64,000 nt of DNA from Eledone cirrhosa (GCA_964016885.1 OZ024753.1:9610001-9674000); one strand, 5' to 3'. Shown: positions 41,707-55,170, counted from the first letter of the stretch. A program made the numbers and translations. The notes: a model not told the origin generated them from the letters alone.

Positions 41707-41916
41707 CAATAATGTTTTGAACAGTTCTTTGATTCTTATATTTCATATAACTGCTCTGTAAATCATCTGATGTTTTTACATTGAGCTACTTAACTTACTG
41801 GTAATAAGGTAGTAATACATTACTGCCTACCACTATTTAGGGTGTGTGTAAAATACTTACAACTGCTTAAGGTTTTGTGTTTACATAACCATAAATAGTA
41901 TAACTAATACTATAGT

Positions 41917-41959
<43 letters not shown>

Positions 41960-41984
41960 GTATATATATATATATATATATAGT

Positions 41985-42017
<33 letters not shown>

Positions 42018-42018
42018 G

Positions 42019-42050
<32 letters not shown>

Positions 42051-42081
42051 CAGTTATATTTATATATATATATATATACAG

Positions 42082-42137
<56 letters not shown>

Positions 42138-42140
42138 TTG

Positions 42141-42172
<32 letters not shown>

Positions 42173-42203
42173 CAGTTATATATATATATATATATATATA
42201 CAG

Positions 42204-42253
<50 letters not shown>

Positions 42254-42549
42254 TTGTATATATATATATATATAGTTGTATATATATATATATATATAGT
42301 TGTATATATATATATATATATATAGTTGTATATATATATATATATATAGTTGTATATATATATATATATATATAGTTGTATATATATATATATATATATA
42401 GTTGTATATATATATATATATATAGTTGTATATATATATATATATTTAGTTGTATATATATATATATATATAGTTGTATATATATATATATATATATATA
42501 GTTGTATATAAATATATATATATATATATATATACAACTATATATATAC

Positions 42550-42584
<35 letters not shown>

Positions 42585-42632
42585 ACTATATATATATATA
42601 TATATATAGTTGTATATATATATATATATAGT

Positions 42633-42669
<37 letters not shown>

Positions 42670-42732
42670 GTATATATATATATATATATATAGTTGTATA
42701 TATATATATATATATATATATAGTTGTATAAA

Positions 42733-43068
42733 TCATCATCATTTTATTTTACGTACACTTTTGCCTGCTTGCAAGGGTGGGACGGAAACTGATTCTCGCT
42801 TGATTTCTACAGCTGGATGCCCTTCCTAACACCAACCTCATTTACAGTGAGTGCTGGGTGCTTTTTTTTCCGTGGCACCTCCACGACCACTTTGCAGTGG
42901 AATGATAGGGACCTCAGTCCCTATCATCTCATTTCTACAGCTGAGTAAACTGGAGCAATGTGAAATAAAGTTTCTTGCTCAAGGAAACAACACATCACCC
43001 GGTCTGAGAATTGAACTCACAACCTTTCGATTGCAAGGCCAATGCTCTAACCACTAAGCCATGTGCCT
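42733..43068 (-). mobile_element. SINE family A
   Basis: Near-identical to 19738-20066. Confidence 0.85.
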
Positions 43069-43074
43069 ATATAG

Positions 43075-43159
<85 letters not shown>

Positions 43160-43160
<1 letters not shown>

Positions 43161-43474
43161 CGACTTCTTTGTGTGGGGCGAAGTGGAACGAGACACTAAC
43201 ATTTCTAGCTTCAATACGAAAGACGATCTGAAGGCCAGGATCACTAGTACCTTTAGGGGCCTAAGCCGGGGGACAGTGACGAAGGCCTTTAGCCGGTTCC
43301 GAGGCCGCCTTGAGGCCGTCATCAAAGCCAATGGCGAGTTTATCGAGTGAGATCGAGAGAACAAGTCATGAAGACAAACTGACCCAAGTGTGATAAATAT
43401 ATCTTAAAAAATAAAACTACTGTGTTACTTTTTCCTAGACAGTAATCTTGCGAATAAATATCATCTGCACCCTG
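43160..43474 (+). mobile_element. DD37D (maT-type) transposon 3' fragment with right TIR
   Basis: DFFVWGEVERDTN..FSRFRGRLEAVIKANGEFIE*; TTGCGAATAAATATCATCTGCACCCTG-TA is complementary to the TIR at 2782-2808. Confidence 0.85.
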
Positions 43475-44175
43475 TATATATATACATATAAAGATTTATA
43501 TACATACATATACATGTATATACATATATGTATATATACATATGTATATATACATATATATACATACATATATGTATATATACATATATATGCATACATA
43601 TACACATATATACATATATATAATTATATATACATATATATATATATACACACATATATGTATATATACATATATATACATACATATATGTATATATACA
43701 TATATATACATACATATACACATATATACATATATATAATTATATATACATATATATATATACATATACATATATATATACATACATACACATACATACA
43801 TATACATATATATACATAGATATACATATATATATATATATACATACAAATACACACATATATATATACATACATATCCATATATATATACATACATATA
43901 CATATATACATACATACATATACATATATACATACATATCCATATATATATACATACATATACATATATACATACATATCCATATATACATACATATACC
44001 CATATATATATATACATACATATCCATATATATATATATTTATATACATACATATATATATACATACATATCCATATATATATACATACATATACATATA
44101 TACATACATATCCATATATACATACATATACCCATATATATATATACATACATATCCATATATATATATATTTAT

Positions 44176-44207
<32 letters not shown>

Positions 44208-44217
<10 letters not shown>

Positions 44218-44367
44218 CGTAAAATAAGAAAATTATAAAATTAACTTACTTACTAAAATTTCACTCCCAACTAATTAGTTTCTGAAAGGGAATAAACATA
44301 CTTTCCGAAGAAGCGTACTGAGTAAGTAAGTTAATTTTATAATTTTCTTATTTTACGTCTCTCATAT
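44208..44367. repeat. Inverted repeat (47-bp arms) with a hammerhead 3' half in the loop
   Basis: Loop on minus strand reads GAAA-CTAATTAG-TT-GGGAG. Confidence 0.8.
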
Positions 44368-44478
44368 TATTGTTCTGCAACCCCATGCATTGAACCACAA
44401 AGTTACTAAGACAAAACCTATATATTTGCTAGCATAAGTATGCATCTGTGTATATATATGTTACTAGATATACTAATT

Positions 44479-44508
<30 letters not shown>

Positions 44509-44513
<5 letters not shown>

Positions 44514-44650
44514 AACCAGTAAGACCCCGACAGCTGAGCTCAAGCCGTTTCGACGTCGGGGTCTTACTGGTTCCTATTACCCACTCTACTACCCCAAATA
44601 TTGAGTACTTTGGTGCGTTATGGTCCACCTGGTTCCTTACCACATTTCCT
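44509..44650. mobile_element. Penelope-type terminal repeat fragment with fold-back, related to 36558-36685
   Basis: IR 44509-44577; minus strand GAAA-CGGC-TTGAGCTCA-GCTG-TC-GGGG; TATTACCCACTCTACTACC shared in reverse with about 36613-36631. Confidence 0.6.
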
Positions 44651-44653
44651 TTG

Positions 44654-44708
<55 letters not shown>

Positions 44709-45566
44709 CATATGTATATAGTTGTATATATAAATATGGTTGGTGTTAGGAAGGGCTTCCAGCCATAGAAAACCTGCCAGAAACACTTCTGGCTGAAGCT
44801 GGGAAGGGAAACCTACACCATTCAGACTGTGTTTTATGATCTCGAATGAGTTATCGCTGGCTTGTCATTGTAGCTCCTTATTCTATATCAATGAATTTCT
44901 AGATGTTCTTAATTGTGATGAAGTTCAATGCTTCCCAAACCAGGTGAAGTTAAGTATTTATTTTTACTCAAGACAGAAAGAAGCTATTGAAATCTTACAA
45001 GGCTGTTTCAGAAGGAAGCAATTTGTTGTTGAAAAAGTCTTTCTTCTATGGTGATTTTTATCTTCTGACACTCCTATATAATTTACTTCATTTATCATAT
45101 ATCTGAGAGCAGCAAACAAAGTGGAATAGAATTTGGTTGGTTTCTATATCTTCCATGCATATCAAACTAAAATTAACAAATGCTCACTTGTCAAATCCCA
45201 CCAATGCTATCAAAAGAACAGTGTTTGACATGACATAATTCAACATTATTTATAGCTAGTGATTCATTTGTAGCATTCTAAGACTTGTGCTGCAAGGAAC
45301 AACAATATTTTTCATCATTAAATTATGTAAAGTGATGAAGATATATGTTCTTAGCTATAAAAAATAGTCTAAGAAATGCAGCATTTCTTCATGCCTTTTA
45401 GAAGTATTCTTCTTTCATATGTATACTAAAGTCTTTTCATTATTCTTTTAAAAATATTATATAAATAAATAATGTAAAATACAATTATGAAATATTTTAT
45501 ATATTAAAATGTCAGGAGGATTAAATGATGCTCTAACGACCCTGCCATCTATCTTCAATTGCGTCA

Positions 45567-45605
<39 letters not shown>

Positions 45606-45670
45606 TGAGTGTGTGTCTGTTGCGATGATTGTAAGAACAATAGCGATGTATTTCTGTCTCGGTTTCTTTT

Positions 45671-46262
45671 GCTGGTCACACGACAAAAAGCACCCAGTCC
45701 ACTCTGCAAGATGGTCATGCTGGTCACACGACAAAAAGCACCCAGTCCACTCTGCAAGATGGTTGTGCTGGTCACACGACAAAAAGCACCCAGTCCACTC
45801 TGCAAGATGGTCGTGCTGGTCACACGACAAAAAGCACCCAGTCCACTCTGCAAGATGGTCGTGCTGGTCACACGACAAAAAGCACCCAGTCCACTCTGCA
45901 AGATGGTCGTGCTGGTCACACGACAAAAAGCACCCAGTCCACTCTGCAAGATGGTCGTGCTGGTCACACGACAAAAAGCACCCAGTCCACTCTGCAAGAT
46001 GGTCGTGCTGGTCACACGACAAAAAGCACCCAGTCCACTCTGCAAGATGGTCGTGCTGGTCACACGACAAAAAGCACCCGGTCCACTCTGCAAGATGGTC
46101 GTGCTGGTCACACGACAAAAAGCACCCAGTCTACTCTGCAAGATGGTCATGCTGGTCACACGACAAAAAGCACCCAGTCCACTCTATAAAATGGTCATGT
46201 TGGTGACACAACAAAAGGCCCCACTCCACCCTGTAAGTTAGTCGTGTTGGTGCCACCACAGA
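45671..46262 (-). repeat. 48-bp minisatellite, about 12 copies, module in reverse orientation
   Basis: Unit GCTGGTCACACGACAAAAAGCACCCAGTCCACTCTGCAAGATGGTCGT. Confidence 0.95.
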
Positions 46263-46459
46263 AGCACCTAGGCCACATTGTCTTCAAATACGACAACTTC
46301 CCTAGTGTTAATGCCCTCATAAAACACCACCCAGAACACACCACAGAGAGTGAGAATGTGTGTGAGATATGGATACAGCCGATACTGGCTTGGTTTGTGA
46401 TGACCCATACACACATGCTAGCAGGGATATAAAGGAATGTTAAATGGTGATATATAAGG

Positions 46460-46676
46460 AACGATCGACTTTCGTCAAATCGGACCGAGGGAACAATGTT
46501 TCCGTTGGTCTTTCCAATTGCTAATACTATCTATCGGTCGCAACTCCAGGTAGAAGGAGCAGCGTGAAATAAAGTGTCTTGCTCAAGGACATAACGCATC
46601 GCCTGGTCCAGGAATCGAACTCACAACCTTACGATTGCGAATCCAATTCTCTAACCACTCAGCCACACGCCTTCAC
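46460..46676 (-). mobile_element. SINE family B
   Basis: Reverse complement of 18712-18930. Confidence 0.85.
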
Positions 46677-46805
46677 AATGGTGATATATATATATCAGTA
46701 TTTCCATGGAAAAGGTAAAGGAAAGAAGAGTGCTCTATGTATAATACAGAGCTGTTTAATTATCCAAATAAAGATTCCTTCTGATGAGCGATATCAGACA
46801 TTTCA

Positions 46806-46850
<45 letters not shown>

Positions 46851-47319
46851 GCTGCCAATAAAAACACATGCACCTGTTGGTTTTCACTTCAATTTATTGT
46901 AAATTTCTGGTTGAGTGGTTGGTTGGTTGAATAACTGGAAGGTTGTTTATATATTGTCGAAGCTCTTTCGTCACACATTGTGACCTCCTCAGAGACTAGG
47001 TTTTTATTTTGTGTCTCTCCTTTGTTCTGTCCTATACCATCTTGTTTATTGGCAGCATGACCATCCCAAAGTATAACAATATCTGTTTCAACACATGTTT
47101 TCAGATAAGAAATCTTACAAAACAATATATATTGTGTGTGTATGTGTGTGTGCTGATGTATCATCATCATTTATCATTCACTTTCCCTGCTAGCATAGGA
47201 TGGACAGGTCTACATAGACTAATTCAGTACTGAAGCAAGGCTAACGACCTCCCAGTCAGGAGTTTCTTCTCTAAAAAACCTTCTGCTGTCCAGCTCTCCA
47301 GAGAGTTTCTTACAACTAA

Positions 47320-47502
47320 TAATTGTTTCTATTTTAGGCACAGGGCCAGCAATTACCCAGTACATTACTGGTACTTTATTTTACCGACCCCGTAAGGATG
47401 AAAGGCAAAGTTAACCTCGGCGGGATTTGAACTCAGATCATAAAGGGACGTAACTCTATGCTTCAAAGCATGGTGTCCGACTCTCTACCGATACTGCCAA
47501 TA
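47320..47502 (-). mobile_element. SINE family C
   Basis: Meta-like block. Confidence 0.8.
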
Positions 47503-48708
47503 CACTAATAATAAAACATTGTTATAGTACTAAATTCTCCTGAATTCTTTGAAAGTCTTAGAGTCTTTCATAAGGAATATTGTAATGAAAGTGTAAGGGT
47601 TGTTTATTAGTAGCAACCTGAAAATACTCAAAAGTTGAACAGAATTTCCGCCTATATTTAGTCTTGTCCTATTTACACTTCACACCCCTGAAGGTTTAAC
47701 TAGCCTCCTACAATGTTTTATCTCATATGTAGTTTGAATTTATCTCAGGTGTTTGGATTCTCTTGTTAGGATATTTCTAATTGAAGACACTGCCAATATG
47801 TTACAGGTGTTTGGATTCTCTTGTTAGGATATTTCCATTGAAAGATACTGCCAATGTGTTTCATTTAATTTGTAATGCAAATAAAAAGTATGAAGAAATT
47901 CAATAACATAGCCAACATTAAGTTTTTGTTTGGAACATTCTTAAATATAATTATGATGGGAGATTTTAAAATAAGTATGATCCCTTTAAAATGGGCAGTT
48001 TTGTATCTAAAAACCTGGCTAAACTTAAGTTAGGGTGATATAGTATATATACAGTATATTGTATATTAAAAGATAGGTGTACACAGAGGTGAAATATTAC
48101 AGTTCACCCCTTTGTGTCATAGAACCAAAGCAGTTTCAGGCAGATTGGTTTCAAAACAGTTAATGATAAGAAACCCAGCTCTCTCATGAAAAGCAACATG
48201 AAGTAAAATGCCTTGGTCAAGAACACAATACACCACCACATATGTTTTGAGGTAGTTTTTACTATTACCACAATAAGCAAAATGTGTTAGTAATAATTAC
48301 TTTAAGATTAGATATTGTCTACTAAATTATTACATAATTAAAAAGGTTACACGGGATGAAAGACAGCTAGTATCATGATACTACAAAATTCTCATTCTCT
48401 CCCATGTATATATATATACACCAGGTCCGGACACAGAAGAACCAAACTGCCACTGTCACCACCTCTTTCTTTCCTGCTCAACCCATCTCTCGCTATTGTG
48501 AGCAAATGGGGGCCCACGCGCTGGCCATCCCATGGCCTCGCCGGACAGAAGGCATTTCCCCAGAGGATGGTGAGGGAGGCACACTGGAAGAGCCATTCTA
48601 GCTCGCAAGGCTCACACCTGTGGGAAGCTAACTCTGCGCTGATGGTGGTTAGTCAAACACTCTAACCACTACATCACATGCCTTCACATCCTACAAGGCT
48701 CTCCTTAA

Positions 48709-48910
48709 CCCTTTAACATTTACATTACTCTATATTTACTATTATATTTTTGCAGTAAAGGCTTTAACTCACATAATTATCTCACATAATATCGAATCTG
48801 AGATTTTGATATTATTTATTTTGAGAGTAATACCTTAACATCAGTATGAGTGGCTAGTTACGGGTTTGAGAGAATTCTGGCTGGATATAACCAGTTTAAA
48901 TGCTAAAGGG
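48709..48910. mobile_element. Complete piggyBac-type MITE (202 bp)
   Basis: TTAA-CCCTTTAACATTTA ... TAAATGCTAAAGGG-TTAA. Confidence 0.8.
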
Positions 48911-48996
48911 TTAACAGAACTGCCTTGCAGCTAATAGAACGAGACTTCTTGGTACAATATATGACAGCATGGTCACCATGGGAATCAATCCTTTTC

Positions 48997-49414
48997 ATCA
49001 TTTAGTATTTACATTACTCTATATATACTATTGTATTTTCATAGTAAAGGCTTTACCTTACATAATTATCTCACATAATATCGAATCTATGAGATTTTGA
49101 TATTATTTATCTTTGTGGATTGGCAGTATCGGTAGAAGGTCGGACGCCATGCTTTACAGCAAAGAGTTACGGCCCTTTATGGTCTGAGTTCAAATCCCGC
49201 CGAGGTTAACTTTGCCTTTCGTCCTTACGGGGTCGATAAAATAAAGTACCAGTAATGCACTGGGATAATTGCTGGCCTAGTGCCAAAAGTAGAAACAATT
49301 ATTTATCTTTAGAACAATACCTTAACATCAATATGAGTGTCCTGTTACGGATGGTTTGAACAGAAAGAGGTGAGAGAATTCTGGCCGGATACAGCCGGTT
49401 TAAATGCTAAAGGG
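48997..49414. mobile_element. MITE copy with a nested SINE C (49115-49297, + strand)
   Basis: SINE flanked by 13-bp TSD ATTATTTATCTTT at 49102-49114 and 49298-49310. Confidence 0.75.
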
Positions 49415-49607
49415 TTAACAGAACTGCCTTGAAGCCAAAAGAACAAGAACACCCCCCCCCCCCTCCCATTTCCACATCTATCAATGCTGCTATCCATAGC
49501 AGAGACTAGCAGCATCAGCAGTTCAGTGACAATATGGAAAACTACTCTGAATAAACGAACCTTATCCTTGACATCACTCAATAATAATAATAATAATAAT
49601 AATGATG

Positions 49608-49634
<27 letters not shown>

Positions 49635-49638
<4 letters not shown>

Positions 49639-49780
49639 TAATATTAATAATAATAATGATTTCTTTATTAACCACAAGGGTTTACACAAAGTAAGACAAT
49701 ACAGGACAATACAGGATGGTACAAATGGGCATTTCTGCGTGTAAAAAAAACAAAAAAACAGAGGATGTAACAAAAAAGGA
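49635..49780 (-). mobile_element. LINE 3'UTR fragment, reverse complement of about 59820-59955
   Basis: AAATGCCCATTTGTACC..TCCTG..TTGTCCTG shared; (TTA)n tail. Confidence 0.6.
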
Positions 49781-49785
49781 ACAAC

Positions 49786-49838
<53 letters not shown>

Positions 49839-50307
49839 AAAAAAGGAAAAGAAAAAAAGGAAAAGAAACAAAAGAAAAAAAATACGAAAATATAAATAAA
49901 AAAGAGAAAAATAAAAAAGAGAAAAATAAAGAAAAAGAACGAGAAGGGGAGGGGATAGCAAGAACTCTAGTGTCGCAGAAGAAAAGGGAGGGGGTGAAGG
50001 GCCTAGGGCATAGGAGCCAGAGGGGGCTGCACTCTTTTTTATTTTTCATTGATATGGTAGCGACGAGTGCAGAGATAATCAAAAATTGAGAGGAACAGAT
50101 ATGGCATTAGTTGTTGTTTGTTGTTGTTTGTTGTTGTTGTTTGTCCATGTCACTTTCCTTTCTTTCCTCTTCTGAAAGGTTCTACTGTAAAAGAATTCTT
50201 GCAAGACGTTCACTCTTAGAGTTTCATTAGTGCTGCACGCCAACAACACATGACAACTGAGGTTTTCAATCTCAGCCACTAACACAGAATTCTTCTCCGT
50301 TCCATAT

Positions 50308-50381
50308 CTATGTGTGTGTATATGTGTGTGTGTATGTGTGTGTGTATGTGTGTGTAAGTGTGTGTGTATGTGTGTGTATGT

Positions 50382-50412
<31 letters not shown>

Positions 50413-50885
50413 TATGTGTGTGTGTGTATTTGTATGAATGTGTGTGTTTAAGTGTGTGTGTGTGTATGTATGTGTGTATGTATGTATGTATGTGTGTGTA
50501 TGCGTGTATGTGTGTATGTGTATGTGTGTATATGTATGTGTGTGGGTATGTATGTGTGTGTGTATGTGTGTGTATATATGTATGTGTGTGGATGTGTATG
50601 TGTATATATGTATGTGTGTGTATGTGTATGTATGTGTGTAAGTGTGTGTAAGTGTGTATATGAATGTGGGTGTATGAATGTGGGTGTATGTATGTGTGTG
50701 TATGTATGTGTGTGCATCTATGTATGTGAGTGTATGTGTGTATGTATGTGCATATATGTATGTGTGTATGAGTATGTATTTGTGTGTAAGTGTGTGTGTG
50801 TGTGTGTGTGTGTGAGTGTGTGAATATATGTATCTGTGTGTGTGTTTATATGTATGAGTGTGTGTATGTATATGTATGTGTGCAT
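50308..50885. repeat. (TG/TATG)n microsatellite
   Basis: Direct reading. Confidence 0.95.
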
Positions 50886-51068
50886 GTAGGGTCTCCAATA
50901 AATAAGGCAGGTTTATGGAACACATGATGTGTGTGCATATTTTTATATACACAAATACACATGTATATATATATATATATATATCTTATACATACATGCT
51001 AATTGGAAGATGGACATTAAATGATGATGATGATGACCATATGTATGTATACACAAACATATACACAA

Positions 51069-51100
<32 letters not shown>

Positions 51101-51156
51101 GTATACACTTATATATATATATTATTTATACATATATATATGTATGTACATTCCCT

Positions 51157-51190
<34 letters not shown>

Positions 51191-51193
<3 letters not shown>

Positions 51194-51573
51194 TCATCAT
51201 CATCATTTCATTTTACATCTGCTTTTCCCTGCTTGCAAGGGTGGGACGGGAACTGATGCTGGCTTGATTTCTACAGCTGGATGCTCTTCCTAACACCAAC
51301 CTCATTTACAGTGAGTGCTGGGTGCTTTTTTGCCATGGCACCTCCATTTTACAGTGTGGGCTGGGTGCTTTTTTGCTGTGACACCTCCACGACCACTTTG
51401 CAGTGGAATGATAGGGACCCCAGTCCCTATCATCTCATTTCTACAGCTGAGTAAACTGGAGAAATGTGAAATAAAGTATCTTGCTCAAGGAAACAACACA
51501 TCACCCGGTCTGAGAATTAAACTCACCTTTCGATTGCAAGGCCAATGCTGTAACCACTAAGCCATGTGCCTCC
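51191..51573 (-). mobile_element. SINE family A with two modules
   Basis: Module duplicated at about 51306-51400. Confidence 0.85.
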
Positions 51574-51740
51574 ATGTATATATATATATTTTTTTTTTTA
51601 AAGAGTTAAACAAGATTCAATGAGTACATCAAAGAATGAGTTTTACAGTAGATTGAAAGCACTCTACAGAAAGATATTTTCCAGAGTTATTAATATTAAA
51701 TTTAAATATTAATAAAATAGATGTTCTTGTGATCAATTAA

Positions 51741-51806
51741 ATTTTATTATACATATTTCAGAAGTACTTGAATCAAGTTCAATAGTACGTCCTCATCAGA
51801 TAAAAT
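51741..51806 (-). ncRNA. Type I minimal hammerhead in the PLE terminal repeat
   Basis: ATTTTAT-CTGATGA-GGACGTACT..AGTACTTCT-GAAA-TATGTA-TA-ATAAAAT. Confidence 0.85.
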
Positions 51807-53268
51807 AAAATGATACATGACATACCCTGACATGTTAAATGGTTAAGATTTAATCAAGGTAGTGATTAACTTGTGAGAAAACTCAATATTTATACCCTAC
51901 AAATGAGAACATGCGAAAACGTAATAGAATCAATAGAGAGGGTGTGAGTAAGAAAAAGATTGCTTTAATGTAACAGTTTTAGAGTTATTAGTGTTTGAAA
52001 TACTACTGTAGGACTATAGAGGAAGGCTATAGATATATGGAGTTATAATTTTTTTAGTTTTTAGTTTGAGAATGCAACTGATATATAATTAAAAAGAGAG
52101 AGATAAAGGGGAGTAATTTATGCACAAATATTCTTCAGACACTTATAAACATATACAGCCTTGGCGGTTAAGTTTCAAAATATTTAATTTATGTTATTTT
52201 AGGGTAACGAATCAAAATTATAGGTTTTAAAAGTTGATGGTTATTTGTGTTATAAATTTTATAAATGTGTTAAATTTCTAAAATTCAAAGTTTTATGAAA
52301 TAAAATTTAAAGGATTTACTAGGCCCGCGAAAGAAAAATATATACTGTTCAATATTCACGCAAAGGTAATCTTTAACAATATTACTTGTAACAGTGTCAA
52401 CATTTTCCATATGTATAGTTTATGAAGTATTTACAGTTATAATTATCAAGGAATTAATTGTTAAACAGTTATAGTGCCTAAGGTATAACAATTAAACCAA
52501 AGTTTTCAGCAGTAAATATATATATATATGTGTCCATTGATCTTAATAAGAGGACTATAAATTATTATTTTTATTATCTATTCATATATTAAATATTAGA
52601 TCATTACATTAGTTCAGCCTTCTAGGGAAGAACCAAACTCTAATTATGATTATGTCAATATACAATATAAATATATATATATTTGGACAAGGTATATATA
52701 GAGTTATACTGAACTAAAATTATGATTGTGTTATTATACATTATAAACGTATTTGCACAAAACTATGTACAGAGATATACCGAACTATATTTATGATTAT
52801 GTTATTATATAATATAAACATATTTGCACCAACTACATATAGATATACTAGAGATATACTAAGTATTAATGAGACAGTATACATTTAGTAAAGGATAAAG
52901 GTTATAATCTTTGATAATAGATTCATACATGCATAATTATAAAATACATAGATATATATAAAAATGTAAACGCATGAATGATCCACAGTTCAAAATAAGG
53001 TCAGTAAAAATTTACAGGTTAGATATTAAAACTATATTTAAAACAGAGATAGAAAAATAAAGGTTTGGATCAAAGTTAATAATATCAAAAACCCATAGGT
53101 TATGTATATCAACATGCCAACATGTTCTTAAACAAGTGTCATTCATTCAAACGTTGTTTCCATTATAAATTATTAGAAGATAAAGCATTATTAAAGTTTT
53201 ATAAGCCATTATGATTTATATTTTCAACAATTGATGATGTACGTCTAAAACCCAGGCTTGGTTGGTTA

Positions 53269-54260
53269 CTATTTTTTCCTGACCTTATGCGAGGCTTGGA
53301 ATTTAGATAAAGCTTTATGAAGGCAGTTTGAGAATAATTCACTTTTTTTTGTTAATTAAGTTTTCATAATTATTAATTATCAATAGGGTCTCCATTGTAC
53401 AAAGAACGCAGTTACTTGATATACTTGAGTTTCGATAAACTCCACTATTACAAAGTTTCGTCCAAAAGATAGAGTATTTTAACTTTTTGTCTTTTAATGA
53501 CCATATAAGCTGTGATAAAGAAGTCGATGATTTCCTATTAGAATTCGAAAATGAGCATTTATGATTCGCAAATCTGGCCTTAAATGTAGAAGAAGTTGAT
53601 CCTATGTAGTTGTATATGTTGTAATCAGTTTTTACGGTGCATTTATACACCAAATTACTGTCCAAACAATTATTTTGCAGAGGGCAATCTGGTTTAATTC
53701 TACAATTACATTTTGATTTATTATTATTTATATTAACACTATTATTAAAGTCATTATGCCGATTCTGCTTTAGAATTTTACTGTTTATTTTAGCAATGTT
53801 TTGGGCCATATTCATAGTTGTAGAATAAGATAATTTAATAGTGTGTCTATTAAAGATGGAATGGTATTTATGTTGACTAGGGAAAGAGCTATCCAAAGCT
53901 TTAAAGAATAGGTTTTCTATTGGTGTTCTTACTGCTACGGAAGCAGGGGGGGGGGGGGGCAAACCATATAACTGATTTAGTTCTGGTTCTTTTCCTCGAT
54001 TTGTTCACCGTATAGGTGTTTGAATTATAATTATAATTATTAGAATTTTGTTTATATATGCCGTTATTTTTATCAGGATTAAGACTTGGATTATTATTAT
54101 CTACATATTCTATATTATTCTCATAACCTGCTCTTTTTAGCGCTTCATTGTAGTATCCTGCATTTTCATCAAATATTGTTTTATTGGCAGATATTCTATT
54201 AATGTGTTTTTGCACACTATTTACAATTGCTTTTTTTACTGACTTAGGGTGATTGGAATA
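53269..54260 (-). pseudogene. PLE RT thumb/linker plus GIY-YIG endonuclease, two homopolymer frameshifts
   Basis: YSNHP..YNEALKRAGY..IWFAPP / IFNRHTIKLSYS..CNC..CPL..C..VY..YIGST..FKARFANH..CVLC..E / SELFSNCLH. Confidence 0.9.
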
Positions 54261-54654
54261 ATAACTATATATATATATAATAACTATATATATAATAACT
54301 ATATATATATATATAGGATCCCTTGCTAACAGGGAAAGTGGATGTTAAAGCATAGAATGATGATGGTGATGATGATATATCTATAACATGACTTTGGTAT
54401 TCTAAACTTGGCAGAGTCCATTCTTCCTCAAAAGCTGAATTCTTCTAGAAAGAAAGACAGATAAGAAGACCCACCATAGTATTTTACTGGTACTTTATCA
54501 GTGCCAAATTATGAAGTGTAGAAGTGTTTATAGTAAAATAGACTGATATGAAGACACTCATAATACATTTAAATTAGCAGAGAACATGTTTAAAAGCAAA
54601 TTATATAATTTAAATCAAAATGTTATCCCAAAGAGAAAATTGGAATATTATCCA

Positions 54655-54805
54655 CTGAAGGTTGACATATATTGATGCCCTAAGGACAGACACAGACACA
54701 TCTTGGAGATGCAGGACATGGCGGCGATAATGAGGGACAGAGACCGCTGGAGAGAACTCGTCCATGTATCTCGGGAATTTTACCCGCCTTAGATAGATAG
54801 ATAGA
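54655..54805 (+). mobile_element. LINE (RTE-like) 3' end
   Basis: TYIDALRTDT..MRDRDRWRELV; (TAGA)n tail. Confidence 0.7.
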
Positions 54806-55170
54806 TTACTGGTGCTTTATGTTATCGACCCCGTAAGGATGAAAGGCAAAGCTATCCTTGGCGGGATTTGAAATCAGAACGTAAAGGGCCGTAACTCTAT
54901 GTTGCAAAGCATGGTCTCTGATGCTCTACCGATACAGCCAAACCACCGCCCCAATCATAATAATCATAATTATAATAAAAATAATTGTTTCTACTTTTGG
55001 CACAAGGCCAGCAATCACCCAGTACATTACTGGTACTTTATTTTATCGACCCCGTAAGGATGAAAGGCAAAGTCAACCTCGACGGGATTTGAACTCAGAC
55101 CGTAAAGGGACGTAACTATGCTGGAAAGCATGGCGTCCGACTCTCTACCGATACTGCCAATCCACCGCCC
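54805..55170 (-). mobile_element. Two SINE family C copies
   Basis: Meta-like block. Confidence 0.8.

Larger units (their letters stand above)
41095..41749. repeat. 655-bp near-perfect palindrome (327-bp arms, 1-nt loop at 41422)
   Basis: Arms are complementary with about two mismatches seen by eye. Confidence 0.95.
51600..54260 (-). mobile_element. 5'-truncated Penelope-like element (probably Naiad-type)
   Basis: RT thumb and GIY-YIG ORF, about 1.5 kb AT-rich 3'UTR, terminal hammerhead. Confidence 0.85.

Noticed and set aside
50079-50310. Possible host exon (also 44836-45054, 59414-59602, 63142-63270, 37880-38010)
   Set aside because: No recognisable protein similarity or consistent splice and frame support by eye; RNA-seq would be needed
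53100-53345. Selenocysteine/SECIS recoding, as reported for some Naiad PLEs
   Set aside because: The TGA at 53339 arises from a homopolymer frameshift, the conserved Cys codons are ordinary, and the ATGA..AA..GA candidate near 53108-53142 has too short a 3' arm
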